Shown piece after piece: positions 51,738-52,235 of a stretch of DNA of 52,235 nt. Positions within the stretch are counted from its first letter, which is position 1. Every line of letters starts with the position of its first letter. The translations under genes were made by a program, and so were the position numbers. The DNA is from a virus (lineage: Duplodnaviria > Caudoviricetes): positions 1-52,235 of the IMG/VR virus record IMGVR_UViG_3300046003_002393; one strand, 5' to 3'. The notes beneath the pieces were generated by a model. It was not told the DNA's origin, made no database searches, and worked only from the letters and a program-made list of their open reading frames with translations.

Positions 51738-52235
51738 ATGGCAAACGACCAGTTGGGCATGTATAACCAAGCAATGTACTTGTTGGGCGAGCGCAGTCTT
51801 GCTTCCCTCACCGAGAACAGAGAACCCCGCAGGGTACTCGATCTTGTGTGGCGCGGTGCGGTGAAGTTCTGCCTCGAAGCAGGGCAGTGGAAGTTCGCAC
51901 TCCGCACGGCGAAGTTAACGTACTCAACTGATGTCGTACCGACCTTCGGATTTCGCAGGGCGTTTGAACGCCCCTCGGACTGTGTTCGGTTGGCTAAAGT
52001 GTGTAGCGACGAATACCTGCAGAATCCTCTGCTTCAATACAGCGAGGAAGCGAGTTGGTGGTTCGCTGACGTTGATGATATTTATGTGAGCTATGTCTCT
52101 GATAGTACCGATTTCGGCCTCGACTACGCGAACTGGCCAGAGACCTTCGCGACCTTCGTTGCGTTGTACGCTGCTACTCAAGCGGGGATAAGAATCAGTC
52201 AGAGTGAAAAAACGCTAGAGTTATTGACAAAAGAA
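51738..52235 (+). CDS. Tail adaptor / tail tubular protein A, N-terminal part (continues to 276)
   Basis: TAAGGAG SD; MANDQLGMYNQAMYLLGERSLASLTE...W.FA.R...F..PSDCVR; absent from the ORF track because it runs off the end. Confidence 0.82.
   Translation, partial: MANDQLGMYNQAMYLLGERSLASLTENREPRRVLDLVWRGAVKFCLEAGQWKFALRTAKLTYSTDVVPTFGFRRAFERPSDCVRLAKVCSDEYLQNPLLQYSEEASWWFADVDDIYVSYVSDSTDFGLDYANWPETFATFVALYAATQAGIRISQSEKTLELLTKE
52110..52235. repeat. Terminal direct repeat, right copy
   Basis: Identical to 4-129. Confidence 0.95.

Overview
The window is essentially one complete, circularly permuted ~52.1 kb tailed phage genome. Bases 4-129 are repeated at 52110-52235, and one gene runs across the junction. 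The virion module is podovirus-type and BPP-1/T7-like (portal, scaffold, capsid, adaptor, nozzle, three ejection proteins, tail fibre), followed by an endolysin/holin/Rz-Rz1 lysis cassette that points to a Gram-negative host. The replication module has a family A polymerase, SNF2 helicase, VRR-NUC, SSB, Cas4-like nuclease and primase-helicase. An early arm carries an ArdA-like protein and a DNA polymerase III beta-clamp homologue. I saw no integrase, RNA polymerase, reverse transcriptase, tRNA or CRISPR array. The most unusual features are two HNH endonuclease genes hidden inside other genes while the host frame stays open. (1) A 331-aa intein in the TerL Walker B motif has its endonuclease encoded on the antisense strand. 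(2) A 657-bp in-frame insertion in a C5-cytosine methyltransferase has no recognisable intein or intron features and is almost filled by a zinc-finger HNH gene in another frame. The same methyltransferase gene also overprints an M.EcoHK31I-beta-like ORF that starts with a beta-clamp-binding-like motif, so all three minus-strand frames are used. All family calls are from motif recognition by eye; no database searches were run.
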